Of a DNA stretch of 64,000 nt, positions 1 to 8,118 are shown in pieces (position 1 is the first letter of the stretch; each line of letters starts with the position of its first letter). The position numbers and the translations under genes are program-made. Location of the stretch: the NCBI GenBank assembly GCA_964571255.1, contig CAZNAA010000001.1, positions 254,986 to 318,985 of the forward strand, written 5' to 3'. Under the pieces are notes generated by a model. The model did not search any database, was not told the DNA's origin, and worked only from the letters and a program-made list of their open reading frames with translations. This DNA comes from an uncultured Gammaproteobacteria bacterium. GTDB taxonomy: Bacteria > Patescibacteriota > Microgenomatia > Levybacterales > UBA12049.

Positions 1-56
1 TCTCCCTTTTTGAGATTATAACGAGTATTGATAACGCGATTATCAATGCAGAAGTT

Positions 57-932
57 TTGTCTGGAATGAGTCAAAAAGCCAGAAGATGGTTTTTAGTCTA
101 TGGGTTTTTCTTTGCCGTTTTTGTGGTGAGAGGTCTTCTCCCCTTCCTGATTCTTTTTATTGCTAATCCATCCATTGGTCCTATGGGAGTGCTTTTTGCA
201 GCTTTTTCAAATGATCCTCATGTGGCTGAATCTATTGAACAAACTGCACCATTTCTTCTTTTAGGAGGAGGAGTTTTTCTTCTTTTTCTTTTCTTTAACT
301 GGTTATTTCTTGAATCAAAAAACTTTGGACTTCGTGGAGAAAGATTTTTTCAAGCTCAAGGACCATGGTTTTTTGCTGTTGTGTCAATAATCTTAACTGC
401 AGTTGTTTGGTTTGCTCTTCAAATTAGTTCTATGCTTGCTTTCTCTGCTGTTGTTGGATCGACTGCGTTTTTTATTATTCATGGATTTAGACAATTTGCT
501 GAACACCAAGAGCAACGACTTCTTAGTGGTGGCATGTCTGATATTAGTAAAATAGCTTATTTAGAAGTATTAGATTCTACTTTCTCCATTGATGGAGTTA
601 TTGGAGCTTTTGCCTTTACGTTCTCTATTCCATTTATCTTAATTGGAAATGGACTAGGGGCACTTGTTCTTCGAAAATTAACTATTAGTAATATTGAGAG
701 AATTAAAAAATATAAATATTTGAAAAACGGAGCAATGTATTCAATTCTGTTTCTTGGAGGTATTATGATTTCTCAAGGATTTGGTTTTCATCCACCTCAC
801 TGGCTCTCCCCTGTTATTACGTTTGGAACTGTAGCCTATTTCTTTCATAAGTCTCGACTTGATATGGATGATATCCAAGTAGCACTGGAGCCAAATACCT
901 TTAGAAAAGTGAAAGCAAAAAAGAAAAAGTAA
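57..932 (+). CDS. Polytopic integral membrane protein, uncharacterised
   Basis: 291-aa ORF with multiple hydrophobic helices and a Lys-rich C-terminus; no catalytic motif recognised. Confidence 0.5.
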   Translation: MSGMSQKARRWFLVYGFFFAVFVVRGLLPFLILFIANPSIGPMGVLFAAFSNDPHVAESIEQTAPFLLLGGGVFLLFLFFNWLFLESKNFGLRGERFFQAQGPWFFAVVSIILTAVVWFALQISSMLAFSAVVGSTAFFIIHGFRQFAEHQEQRLLSGGMSDISKIAYLEVLDSTFSIDGVIGAFAFTFSIPFILIGNGLGALVLRKLTISNIERIKKYKYLKNGAMYSILFLGGIMISQGFGFHPPHWLSPVITFGTVAYFFHKSRLDMDDIQVALEPNTFRKVKAKKKK

Positions 933-998
933 TTCCTCTTTGTATTTGTGTAGTAAATCCAAGAAGTAAATGAATAATTGTGGTGTTTTAGATTGGCG

Positions 999-1021
999 CC
1001 CCGCTGCGTAGTGCAGCGGGA
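999..1021. terminator. GC-rich stem-loop between convergent genes (8-bp stem ccccgctgc/gcagcggg, 5-nt loop); no U-tract
   Basis: Perfect inverted repeat read directly at 1000-1007/1013-1020, downstream of both the 57..932 and 1038..1508 genes. Confidence 0.3.
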
Positions 1022-1037
1022 CACCGTTCTCTTGCAA

Positions 1038-1508
1038 CTAGATGTAGATGGGAATTACCCGTTTGGTTGTGGGGTCAATTAAGACCCCTTGGTTTTGCGT
1101 GGGAACCTCAATTTTCCAGTTCTCCCTCACAAACTCGTGAAGGAAAGTTAAGATTCGATAGTGATCCAGCACTAGAATCACTAACTCTTCCATCTGGTCG
1201 TTGAGGAATTGGACGACTCCCCTATTGTCCAACATGACATTCCTTTTTCCCGCTAACTCTGGGACAAGTGCCACTCGGCACAAATGAAAGTGTGATGCGA
1301 GCATTTCTGCTGCCGCGTGTGGACGACGATATTCGCTCGCTAGAATGAGCATAGGGAGACTACTGGGCACTTGGAAAATATGCCACACCATGTTTACCGT
1401 CAACTGTTCGGCTAGCGTGGCAGGAATGCAGAGGAGCTTTTGCGTAGGAAGGCTGAATCCTCCCTCCAAAATCGAGTTGACCTCGTGCCTCTCGTCTGTT
1501 CCGGTCAT
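1038..1508 (-). CDS. Hypothetical protein in a GC-rich compositional island
   Basis: 156-aa ORF; strong SD (ggaggtgaa) 6 nt upstream of ATG; local GC ~50% versus ~35% for the window; no family recognised. Confidence 0.5.
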   Translation of the reverse strand: MTGTDERHEVNSILEGGFSLPTQKLLCIPATLAEQLTVNMVWHIFQVPSSLPMLILASEYRRPHAAAEMLASHFHLCRVALVPELAGKRNVMLDNRGVVQFLNDQMEELVILVLDHYRILTFLHEFVRENWKIEVPTQNQGVLIDPTTKRVIPIYI

Positions 1509-1776
1509 GATTCACCTCCATTCCTGCTTTATTCTCCTACTCACACACATGTAAGTAGCAGTGAAGCAAGATAAAAGAAAAAGAATAGACTCTTTCCCTA
1601 TTATCTTGCTTCAAAAAGCAGAGTATCTATTTCCACAACTATTAATGTGCAAGAGAGTTAAAACTCATGAAACTAGTAATATTTCGCAATTGAAATACAG
1701 AAGAATCAAAAGTAAGGGAATAATACCAAAAAGAAGGAAATAAGTAAAGCTATAGGACTAAATAGTGAGATAGATA

Positions 1777-1806
1777 CAAAAAAACCTCATTGCTGAGGTT
1801 TTTTGC
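1777..1806. terminator. Bidirectional rho-independent terminator (stem aacctca/tgaggtt, loop ttgc, A-run 5' and T-run 3')
   Basis: Hairpin plus flanking A7/T6 runs read directly in the sequence. Confidence 0.5.
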
Positions 1807-1958
1807 GACAAGTTATTGCTAACAGATCTAAATTAATAATTGCTTATTAATCTGACGTGAGTATACATACATATCTTCTGCCTGTCAAGAGGGTAAAGTC
1901 AAAAATTAAGAATAGTCTATGCCTTTACTTCGCTATCTCTGACTGATACGATTTTTCT

Positions 1959-3152
1959 ATGAAGTCTCTCTCTTCTTTCTTCCTTCGGATAAAACCATAC
2001 CTTTCTTATTGTCTTCTCGTATCGGTAGGTATCATTGTTTCTCTTTCTTTATATCTTTTCCTCTCAAAACAAATTGTTTCCTTGCAAAAAGAAAAAGGAG
2101 AATTGAGTATTCAATTAGCAGAATCGAATAAGAAATATACGGGACTTGTGACTCAGGATCAATATAAGAGAAATGAAGCATTACAAAAGCAGATAAAACA
2201 ATTAGAAGATACCTATGCAAAATCTAGTCTTACCTATGAGCAGTTAGTTGAATTAAAATTACTAACCAAAACTGATACCCAAAAATTAGATAAGGACTAT
2301 GCAACTCTTATTAAGCTTCTTTCTCAAAAAAACTATGCCTCGGCTTCCTCCTCGCTTGTTTTATTATCCTCCACCATTAAAACAGAAACGGCAAAAGCTG
2401 CGAGTAGTTTTGCTGGTACTTCTTCACAACTTGCTAATGTTCCCTCCTCCAATTCTCCTCCAGGAAGTGGGTATAGCAGACAAAAAGTAACGACAAGTGT
2501 TGGAGACTTTATTGTAAGTATTGTTTCAGCGGATTTGAACTCTACTCGAGTGATTGTAGATACGGCAAGTGACGGGGATTGTAAGGACAACTGCCCAGTG
2601 CTTTCTCTTGGGGACTATGTCTCACGAAGTGGAGCATTTGCAGGAATTAATGGAACTTATTTTTGTCCTGCTGATTATCCATCTTGTGTTGGGAAAGCGA
2701 ATTCATTTGATTTACTCGTTATGAATAAGAATAAAAAATATATCAACTCGGATAACAATGTCTACAGTACTAACCCTGCTGTTATTTTCCAAAATGGCAG
2801 TATCCGTTTTGTTGGGCGTGCACTTGAATGGGGACGAGATACAGGAGTTGATGGTGTGTTATCAAACTATCCCCTCCTTCTCTCAGGAGGAACTATTCAG
2901 TTTGGAGGAGACGGAGATCCTAAAAAAGGAAGTAAAGGACCTAGAGGTTTTGTCGGAGCAAAAGGGTCAACAGTCTATATCGGAATTGTCCAAAACGCTA
3001 CGGTTGCCGAAGGGGCATATGTTCTTAAGGCATTAGGTCTTACTGAGGCTATGAATCTAGATAGTGGTGGATCAACAGCTCTTTGGTCTGGAGGATATAA
3101 GGCAGGACCTGGAAGAGCAATTCCTAATGCAATTCTTTTTGTTAGGAAATAA
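1959..3152 (+). CDS. Membrane-anchored phosphodiester glycosidase family protein (DUF2233/NAGPA-like) with coiled-coil linker
   Basis: N-terminal TM helix, coiled-coil region, C-terminal domain with GINGTYF...NLDSGGSTALW motifs typical of the phosphodiester glycosidase family. Confidence 0.65.
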   Translation: MKSLSSFFLRIKPYLSYCLLVSVGIIVSLSLYLFLSKQIVSLQKEKGELSIQLAESNKKYTGLVTQDQYKRNEALQKQIKQLEDTYAKSSLTYEQLVELKLLTKTDTQKLDKDYATLIKLLSQKNYASASSSLVLLSSTIKTETAKAASSFAGTSSQLANVPSSNSPPGSGYSRQKVTTSVGDFIVSIVSADLNSTRVIVDTASDGDCKDNCPVLSLGDYVSRSGAFAGINGTYFCPADYPSCVGKANSFDLLVMNKNKKYINSDNNVYSTNPAVIFQNGSIRFVGRALEWGRDTGVDGVLSNYPLLLSGGTIQFGGDGDPKKGSKGPRGFVGAKGSTVYIGIVQNATVAEGAYVLKALGLTEAMNLDSGGSTALWSGGYKAGPGRAIPNAILFVRK

Positions 3153-3387
3153 GGGGGAAACTAACAGTAAAAGTAGTTCCCTTTTTCTTGTCACTTCTCA
3201 CGCTGATACTGCCTTCATGAGACTCAACAAGTTGTTTAGCAATAGATAATCCCAATCCATATCCTCCTATATCTTCTTTACTTCGAGATTTATTGCCTCG
3301 ATAAAATCTTTCAAAAAGATGAGATATATCGGATTTATCAATCGGTTCTCCTGAATTTGTAACAGATACTCTTACTTCTTTGCTTGT
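3142..3387 (-). pseudogene. Remnant of a sensor histidine kinase C-terminal HATPase_c domain (no start codon)
   Basis: Minus-strand frame between two stops translates to ...TNSGEPIDKSDISHLFERFYRG...GGYGLGLSIAKQLVESHEGSISVRSDKKKGTTFTVSFPL: G1-like box, G2 box GxGLGLSI, and the TTFTV ending of HATPase_c. No in-frame Met; no upstream HisKA/DHp part. Confidence 0.5.
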
Positions 3388-3420
3388 TTATCAGGATGTT
3401 TCTGAAAAGGAGCTGAAGAT

Positions 3421-3451
3421 ACAAAAACACCCCCAGATCTGGGGGTGTTTT
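3421..3451 (-). terminator. Rho-independent terminator of the cupredoxin gene (stem acaccccca/tgggggtgt around an agatct core, then T-run on the minus strand)
   Basis: Perfect GC-rich hairpin followed by tttttgt on the minus strand, 20 nt downstream of the 3470 stop. Confidence 0.55.
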
Positions 3452-3469
3452 AAAACAGAAAAATAGATA

Positions 3470-3970
3470 TTATTCAACGATAAGTGTTCCTATTTGTCCC
3501 ATTTGTCTGTGATTTCCGACACTGCAGTAAAACTCATAAGTTCCTATTTTATCTGCGGTAAACTCCACAGTCCCTGTCTTACCAGATTGAGTAACCGGAA
3601 TTTTCACGTTTAATTCATCAATATTAAAGTCATGCATCATACTGACACTGTTCATTACAACTTTTACTTTATCTCCTTTTTTCACTTTAATTTCACTTGG
3701 TTTGTAGTAAAAGCTTCCGGCTTCAATTGTGATTGTTTTTATATCTCCTTCAGTTGTTATTTCAGATGTTGGAGTAATTGCTCCAGTAGTTTCTGAAGAA
3801 GGTTGGGTTGTTTGATCCGTGCTTTCCCCCTGATTCACAATCGTGTTATCTGAATTTTTTTGTCCTCTTTGCAGCATGACTACTCCAACTCCAATAAGGA
3901 GAACAATAACGACTGCTGTAATAATAAAAGCGGGGTTTACTCCTTTACCACTTGTTGTATTCTCTTCCAT
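3470..3970 (-). CDS. Membrane-anchored cupredoxin (type-1 blue copper protein-like)
   Basis: N-terminal TM helix, Thr/Ser-rich linker, C-terminal domain with His(MMHDF)...Cys-x-x-Gly-x-His-x-x-Met (YCSVGNHRQMG), the plastocyanin/azurin-type copper ligand pattern. Confidence 0.65.
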   Translation of the reverse strand: MEENTTSGKGVNPAFIITAVVIVLLIGVGVVMLQRGQKNSDNTIVNQGESTDQTTQPSSETTGAITPTSEITTEGDIKTITIEAGSFYYKPSEIKVKKGDKVKVVMNSVSMMHDFNIDELNVKIPVTQSGKTGTVEFTADKIGTYEFYCSVGNHRQMGQIGTLIVE

Positions 3971-4065
3971 AATTTTTTCACCTCCTTTACTGTACTATCC
4001 TATCTATCTTATCTGAAAAATTGCTGAATACTAGATAGAGATTTCTCTTTTTTTTCAAGAATACT

Positions 4066-4692
4066 CTATTTTTCTAATTTTAGAGAAATGGCGGTATCAG
4101 CAAATATTTCTGTTTTCCATTTAGTAGTATTTTTCAACTGTGTTAAATACTTCCCTCCTTTTTCATCTCTGAGAAAAAGATTTGCTGTTACTAAAATTCC
4201 TCCTTTTCGAAGTAATCTGTCAAACTGAGTGAGAAACTTTACTTGCGGGACATATCCATCAAAAAAAATTAAATCATATTCTGGAGAAAGAGTAGGAAGG
4301 ATATCTTCCCCTTTTCCTTCAAGAGAAGTAATATTGTGTACTCCTAGTGTTTCCCACCATCGTTTTGCAATAGATATATGTGTTTCGTCTTGATCAATCG
4401 TATCAATTTGGCCATCAGGAAGAACAGTTGCTAAACAAGCGGTTGCATACCCAATCCCCGTTCCTAGCTCAAGTATGCGAGTTGCTCTAATAGAAACAGC
4501 AGTTTTGGTGAGACTTGGAACTTGCTCATATGGGTAGGTTCCACAAAGATGTTGGCTTTTATGATACAAAGATTCCTTAAAATAAGTACTTTTTTGTTTG
4601 TCATTCATGAGAAGAGTATAGCAAATGAGAATTCGATTGAGGATAGTACGATTATTTTTCAATATATTTAAATCGGGATACTTTTTTCCCAT
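4066..4692 (-). CDS. Class I SAM-dependent O-methyltransferase (caffeoyl-CoA OMT/YrrM-like)
   Basis: Motif I ILELGTGIGYAT, acidic motif DLIFFD, 208 aa. Confidence 0.75.
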   Translation of the reverse strand: MGKKYPDLNILKNNRTILNRILICYTLLMNDKQKSTYFKESLYHKSQHLCGTYPYEQVPSLTKTAVSIRATRILELGTGIGYATACLATVLPDGQIDTIDQDETHISIAKRWWETLGVHNITSLEGKGEDILPTLSPEYDLIFFDGYVPQVKFLTQFDRLLRKGGILVTANLFLRDEKGGKYLTQLKNTTKWKTEIFADTAISLKLEK

Positions 4693-4873
4693 TAAGTATC
4701 ACTTTTTCTGTAAACCTCTTAAGAGGTCTCACCCATATTTTACTTCTTGGATTATCATACAAACATTCATACACGACGAGTTCTTCTAGTGTTTCTGAAT
4801 GTTTCGCAATAGAGAGAACTTGATAAAAATTTCCACTTTTTGTATGAAGATATTTTCCCAGTTTAAGTTTCAT
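4652..4873 (-). CDS. DUF1653 family small protein
   Basis: 73-aa ORF KYLHTKSGNFYQVL...ELVVYECLYDN...WVRPLKRF resembles DUF1653; start of operon with the OMT gene (overlap). Confidence 0.45.
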   Translation of the reverse strand: MKLKLGKYLHTKSGNFYQVLSIAKHSETLEELVVYECLYDNPRSKIWVRPLKRFTEKVILNGKKVSRFKYIEK

Positions 4874-4916
4874 TTTTCTTATTTTATCACTTTTTCTCTA
4901 TGATACAATTTGGCTA

Positions 4917-5444
4917 ATGAAAGTAGTTATCACTTCAAAAAATCCAGTAAAAATAAATGCAGTGAAGTATGGCTTTACTACCTGTTTTCCAAAAGAACAA
5001 TTTATCTTTCAATCTATTTCTGTCCCATCGGGTGTAAGTGACCAACCGATAAGTGATGAAGAAACGTACAAAGGAGCAAAACAAAGAGTAGAAAAGGCTA
5101 TAAAGGACAGACCTCTGGCAGATTATTGGATTGGGATTGAAGCAGGAGTCGATACAAAATACGAAGAAATGGATGCATACGCTTGGGTATATCTTAAAGA
5201 TAAGAACGGAAAAGAAGGAAAAGGAAGATCAGGAACATTCTTTCTCCCCGAAGAAATAGCTAGTTTAGTAAAACAAGGGTATGAGTTAGGAGTTGCTGAT
5301 GATATGTATTTTAAGAGAGTAAATTCAAAACAGAAAGACGGAACTATAGGTGCATTAACTCACAATATTGTGAATAGAACAGAGTATTACAAACAGCCAG
5401 TTATTTTTGCTCTTATCCCCTTTCTTAATCCTGAATTATTTTAA
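4917..5444 (+). CDS. yjjX: Inosine/xanthosine triphosphatase (non-canonical purine NTP phosphatase, YjjX/DUF84 family)
   Basis: MKVVITSKNPVKINAV... N-terminal signature of the YjjX ITPase family; 175 aa. Confidence 0.65.
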   Translation: MKVVITSKNPVKINAVKYGFTTCFPKEQFIFQSISVPSGVSDQPISDEETYKGAKQRVEKAIKDRPLADYWIGIEAGVDTKYEEMDAYAWVYLKDKNGKEGKGRSGTFFLPEEIASLVKQGYELGVADDMYFKRVNSKQKDGTIGALTHNIVNRTEYYKQPVIFALIPFLNPELF

Positions 5445-5490
5445 TACACGAAAACAGCTCCTTGGTACCAAAGAGCTGTATCGGTAGAAA

Positions 5491-5979
5491 CTATTTCATC
5501 TTCATGATGAAATGATGTCCTTTCATACCATGGCCCATGACATATTTCAGGTCAATGCCATTCTCTTTTGCCCAAGCTTCAAGAGTTGTTCTCTCCTTTT
5601 TCATGGCTTTTTTTCTCTCTTCATCAGTCATGTCTTCCATCTTTTCTCGATTGGCTTCTCGAGTTGACTGGAGCTCTGTTTGCTTATCTTGAATGAGCTT
5701 TTTTTGCGCTTCAGTGAGTTTCCCATCTTTCACAAGTTGGTCTAACCGAGCAGTCATTTGCCCCTTCATTTTTGCTTCCATTGCTGTATGTTCTTGATCA
5801 AATAGCTCTTGAAATTCAGTCTTATTCAGATTGAATTTATCTGCTATTTTCTGAACTAAGGAAGTATAGGGTGCATCAACATTGCTCTGTGCAGATACGT
5901 GAGCTACTCCTACGACTCCAGTTCCAATCATACTCAAAAAAAGCGCAGAAAGAATTAGTTGTTTATTTATAATTATCAC
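5491..5979 (-). CDS. Secreted Spy/CpxP-like protein (LTXXQ motif), His-rich C-terminus
   Basis: Signal peptide, LTEAQ motif, predicted helical/coiled-coil, C-terminal GHGMKGHHF. Confidence 0.45.
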   Translation of the reverse strand: MIIINKQLILSALFLSMIGTGVVGVAHVSAQSNVDAPYTSLVQKIADKFNLNKTEFQELFDQEHTAMEAKMKGQMTARLDQLVKDGKLTEAQKKLIQDKQTELQSTREANREKMEDMTDEERKKAMKKERTTLEAWAKENGIDLKYVMGHGMKGHHFIMKMK

Positions 5980-6053
5980 CTCCTTTCATTAGAGGAAGTG
6001 TAATTGATGGAACTTAAAGAACGCTGAAGAGATAGACAGGAAAGAAGAAGTAA

Positions 6054-7277
6054 TTATTCTACAAAAGTAATTGCAATACCTTTTTTATTTGCTCGTCCTG
6101 TTCTTCCAATACGATGAACATAGTCATCATAAGAAGTAGGTGCATCAAAATTAATAACGTGGGTTACGTCTTCAATATCTAGTCCTCTTGATGCAACGTC
6201 TGTTGCAAGGAGTACTTGTACTTCGTTTCTTTTAAAGAGATCTAGTGCGCGTTGTCGTTGTCCCTGAGACTTATTCCCGTGAATTGCCACTGCTTGGCAC
6301 CCTTCTTGTAATAAAGCTCTGGTAAGTTTCTCAATTCCCCATTTAGTTTCTCCAAAAATAAGTACTTTCTCGAATTCTTCTTTTCGTAAAAGATTAACTA
6401 ATACTTCAAACTTTTTCTCTTTATCTGATGGAACTTTAATAATATTCTGATCAATATTATTTGAGGTTTCTTCCTTCTTAACAGATACTTTTACAGGGTT
6501 TGTAACAAAGTCTCGTAAAATCTCCTCTACTTTGCCTGAAACCGTTGCTGAGAAGAAAAGAGATTGACGTTTTTTAGGAAGAAGAGCTACTAAAAACTTA
6601 ATATCATGAATAAATCCAATATCTACCATGCGATCAACCTCATCTAAAACAATAGTTTGAAAAAGGGCCAAGTTTAAAGAATGTCTTTTAACTAAATCTT
6701 TTAATCTTCCTGGGGTTCCAACCACAAAGTGTGGATTATGATATAACCTTTTTTCTTGTCGTTTAATATCAGTTCCTCCGATACATAATGTTCCTTCTAA
6801 ATCCATTCCGTGAGTAAGCGCTGCAAGTTCGTCAAGAATTTGTACAGCAAGCTCACGAGTTGGAGTAATAATAAGAACTCTTTCAGCTCTATTTTGGAAC
6901 ACCTTATTTACACAAGGAATAAGAAAAGCAGCGGTTTTACCTGTTCCAGTATTGGCAATACCAATAATATCTTTTCCTTCTAAAAGGTGCGGAATACTTT
7001 GTTCTTGAATAGGAGTTGGTGAAACATAGCCTTTGAGAGCAATGTTCCTTTGCAACTTTTCATTTAAAGTAAAATCCGTGAATACAGCAGTTGAAACTAC
7101 TCCTTCACTCACTTCAAGTTCCGCAGCTTTTTTGATAAACAGATTGACGTCAAGTTTTTTGAGATTACGACGAGAAAACCTTCGTGAAGGCTGACTTCTC
7201 GTGCCATTTTGGCTTCGAGAAGAATAATTCCCGCGTTCGTCGCGTCTTTGATATCGATTATTCTGTGAATAATTCAT
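6054..7277 (-). CDS. DEAD-box ATP-dependent RNA helicase (motif II variant DEVD) with Arg/Ser-rich N-terminal tail
   Basis: Q-motif region, Walker A TGTGKTAAF, PTRELA, DEVD, SAT, HRIGRTGR. Confidence 0.9.
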   Translation of the reverse strand: MNYSQNNRYQRRDERGNYSSRSQNGTRSQPSRRFSRRNLKKLDVNLFIKKAAELEVSEGVVSTAVFTDFTLNEKLQRNIALKGYVSPTPIQEQSIPHLLEGKDIIGIANTGTGKTAAFLIPCVNKVFQNRAERVLIITPTRELAVQILDELAALTHGMDLEGTLCIGGTDIKRQEKRLYHNPHFVVGTPGRLKDLVKRHSLNLALFQTIVLDEVDRMVDIGFIHDIKFLVALLPKKRQSLFFSATVSGKVEEILRDFVTNPVKVSVKKEETSNNIDQNIIKVPSDKEKKFEVLVNLLRKEEFEKVLIFGETKWGIEKLTRALLQEGCQAVAIHGNKSQGQRQRALDLFKRNEVQVLLATDVASRGLDIEDVTHVINFDAPTSYDDYVHRIGRTGRANKKGIAITFVE

Positions 7278-7463
7278 ATTATTTAATAGTACATTATTAT
7301 TTCTGCTACCAAATGAGGTGTCTTACTATACGGTGGAAAGATACAGGTTTAAAAAGTAAATATCGGGGTATCTTTATCTTTTGAAAATAAAACGAAATAA
7401 ATCGAAGCAGAAGTAAAAATGTACTACCTGCAAAACGTAGTATACCAAACTAAAATCCTATAG

Positions 7464-7751
7464 TCAAGGGGCAAGTTCTGTCTTTTTGAGTTTGTTAGCT
7501 TCTCTTGTGCGTAATCTAGCCTCACTTCTCTTCCCTTCCTCAACCATTCTGTCTTCTTTTAATTTGATTCTTTTTGCTGTTTGTTTATCTTTTTCTTCCT
7601 GACATTTCTCATCTGAACAACGGTATACCGTAGTGGTTTGGGGAAAGCGAGAACCTTCAACTTTTTCGGTCACTGTACTAACTTCAATAAGAGGAGAGTT
7701 GCAAACTGAGCATTTTAACGTTACTGAATTCACATCTACAGTATAGCACAC
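7464..7751 (-). CDS. Small zinc-ribbon protein with Lys/Glu-rich tail
   Basis: CSVCNS...YRCSDEKC (two Cys pairs); 95 aa. Confidence 0.4.
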   Translation of the reverse strand: MCYTVDVNSVTLKCSVCNSPLIEVSTVTEKVEGSRFPQTTTVYRCSDEKCQEEKDKQTAKRIKLKEDRMVEEGKRSEARLRTREANKLKKTELAP

Positions 7752-7753
7752 TT

Positions 7754-8095
7754 TCAGTCTAATTTCAGGGGTAAAATGGACTGCTTCCTCCCTTGGAAGT
7801 AAAATAGTCCTTGAAGGAAAAAAATAACTCCAAGATAGAAACCTAATTTAGTACAAAAACTTAACAGTGAAATTTGAGGTGTAGAAAAAATCATAAAAAT
7901 TCCTGTAATTGTTTGATAGAAAGTTCCTATCCATAAATACCTCCCTAGGTTTTTGAAAGAAGAAATGTCATTTAAAAACAGAACGTGTAAAGATTTTGTT
8001 ATTACTCCAAATGAGAAAAAGGCACCAAGTAAATGAAGAAATAAAAAGAGTTGATTTAGTTCCACTGTATCTACTATATCATATCTATTTTGCAT
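7754..8095 (-). CDS. Small integral membrane protein, uncharacterised
   Basis: 113 aa, 3-4 predicted TM helices, tightly linked to the zinc-ribbon gene. Confidence 0.4.
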   Translation of the reverse strand: MQNRYDIVDTVELNQLFLFLHLLGAFFSFGVITKSLHVLFLNDISSFKNLGRYLWIGTFYQTITGIFMIFSTPQISLLSFCTKLGFYLGVIFFLQGLFYFQGRKQSILPLKLD

Positions 8096-8118
8096 CTGTT
8101 TGGTGATAGAATAGAGGA

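Noticed and set aside
1345-1554. 69-aa plus-strand ORF overlapping the 1038..1508 gene
   Set aside because: Entirely antisense to a better-supported ORF with an SD; Cys/Leu-rich composition typical of antisense artefacts
1561-1743. 60-aa basic ORF in the intergenic region
   Set aside because: No RBS, no motif, Lys/Arg-rich low complexity; likely chance ORF in AT-rich spacer
2032-3249. Several 60-90 aa ORFs (2032..2220-, 2299..2490+, 2333..2590-, 2758..3036+, 3064..3249+) inside or antisense to the 1959..3152 gene
   Set aside because: All are nested in or antisense to the phosphodiester-glycosidase gene. 3064..3249 instead overlaps the histidine-kinase remnant on the other strand
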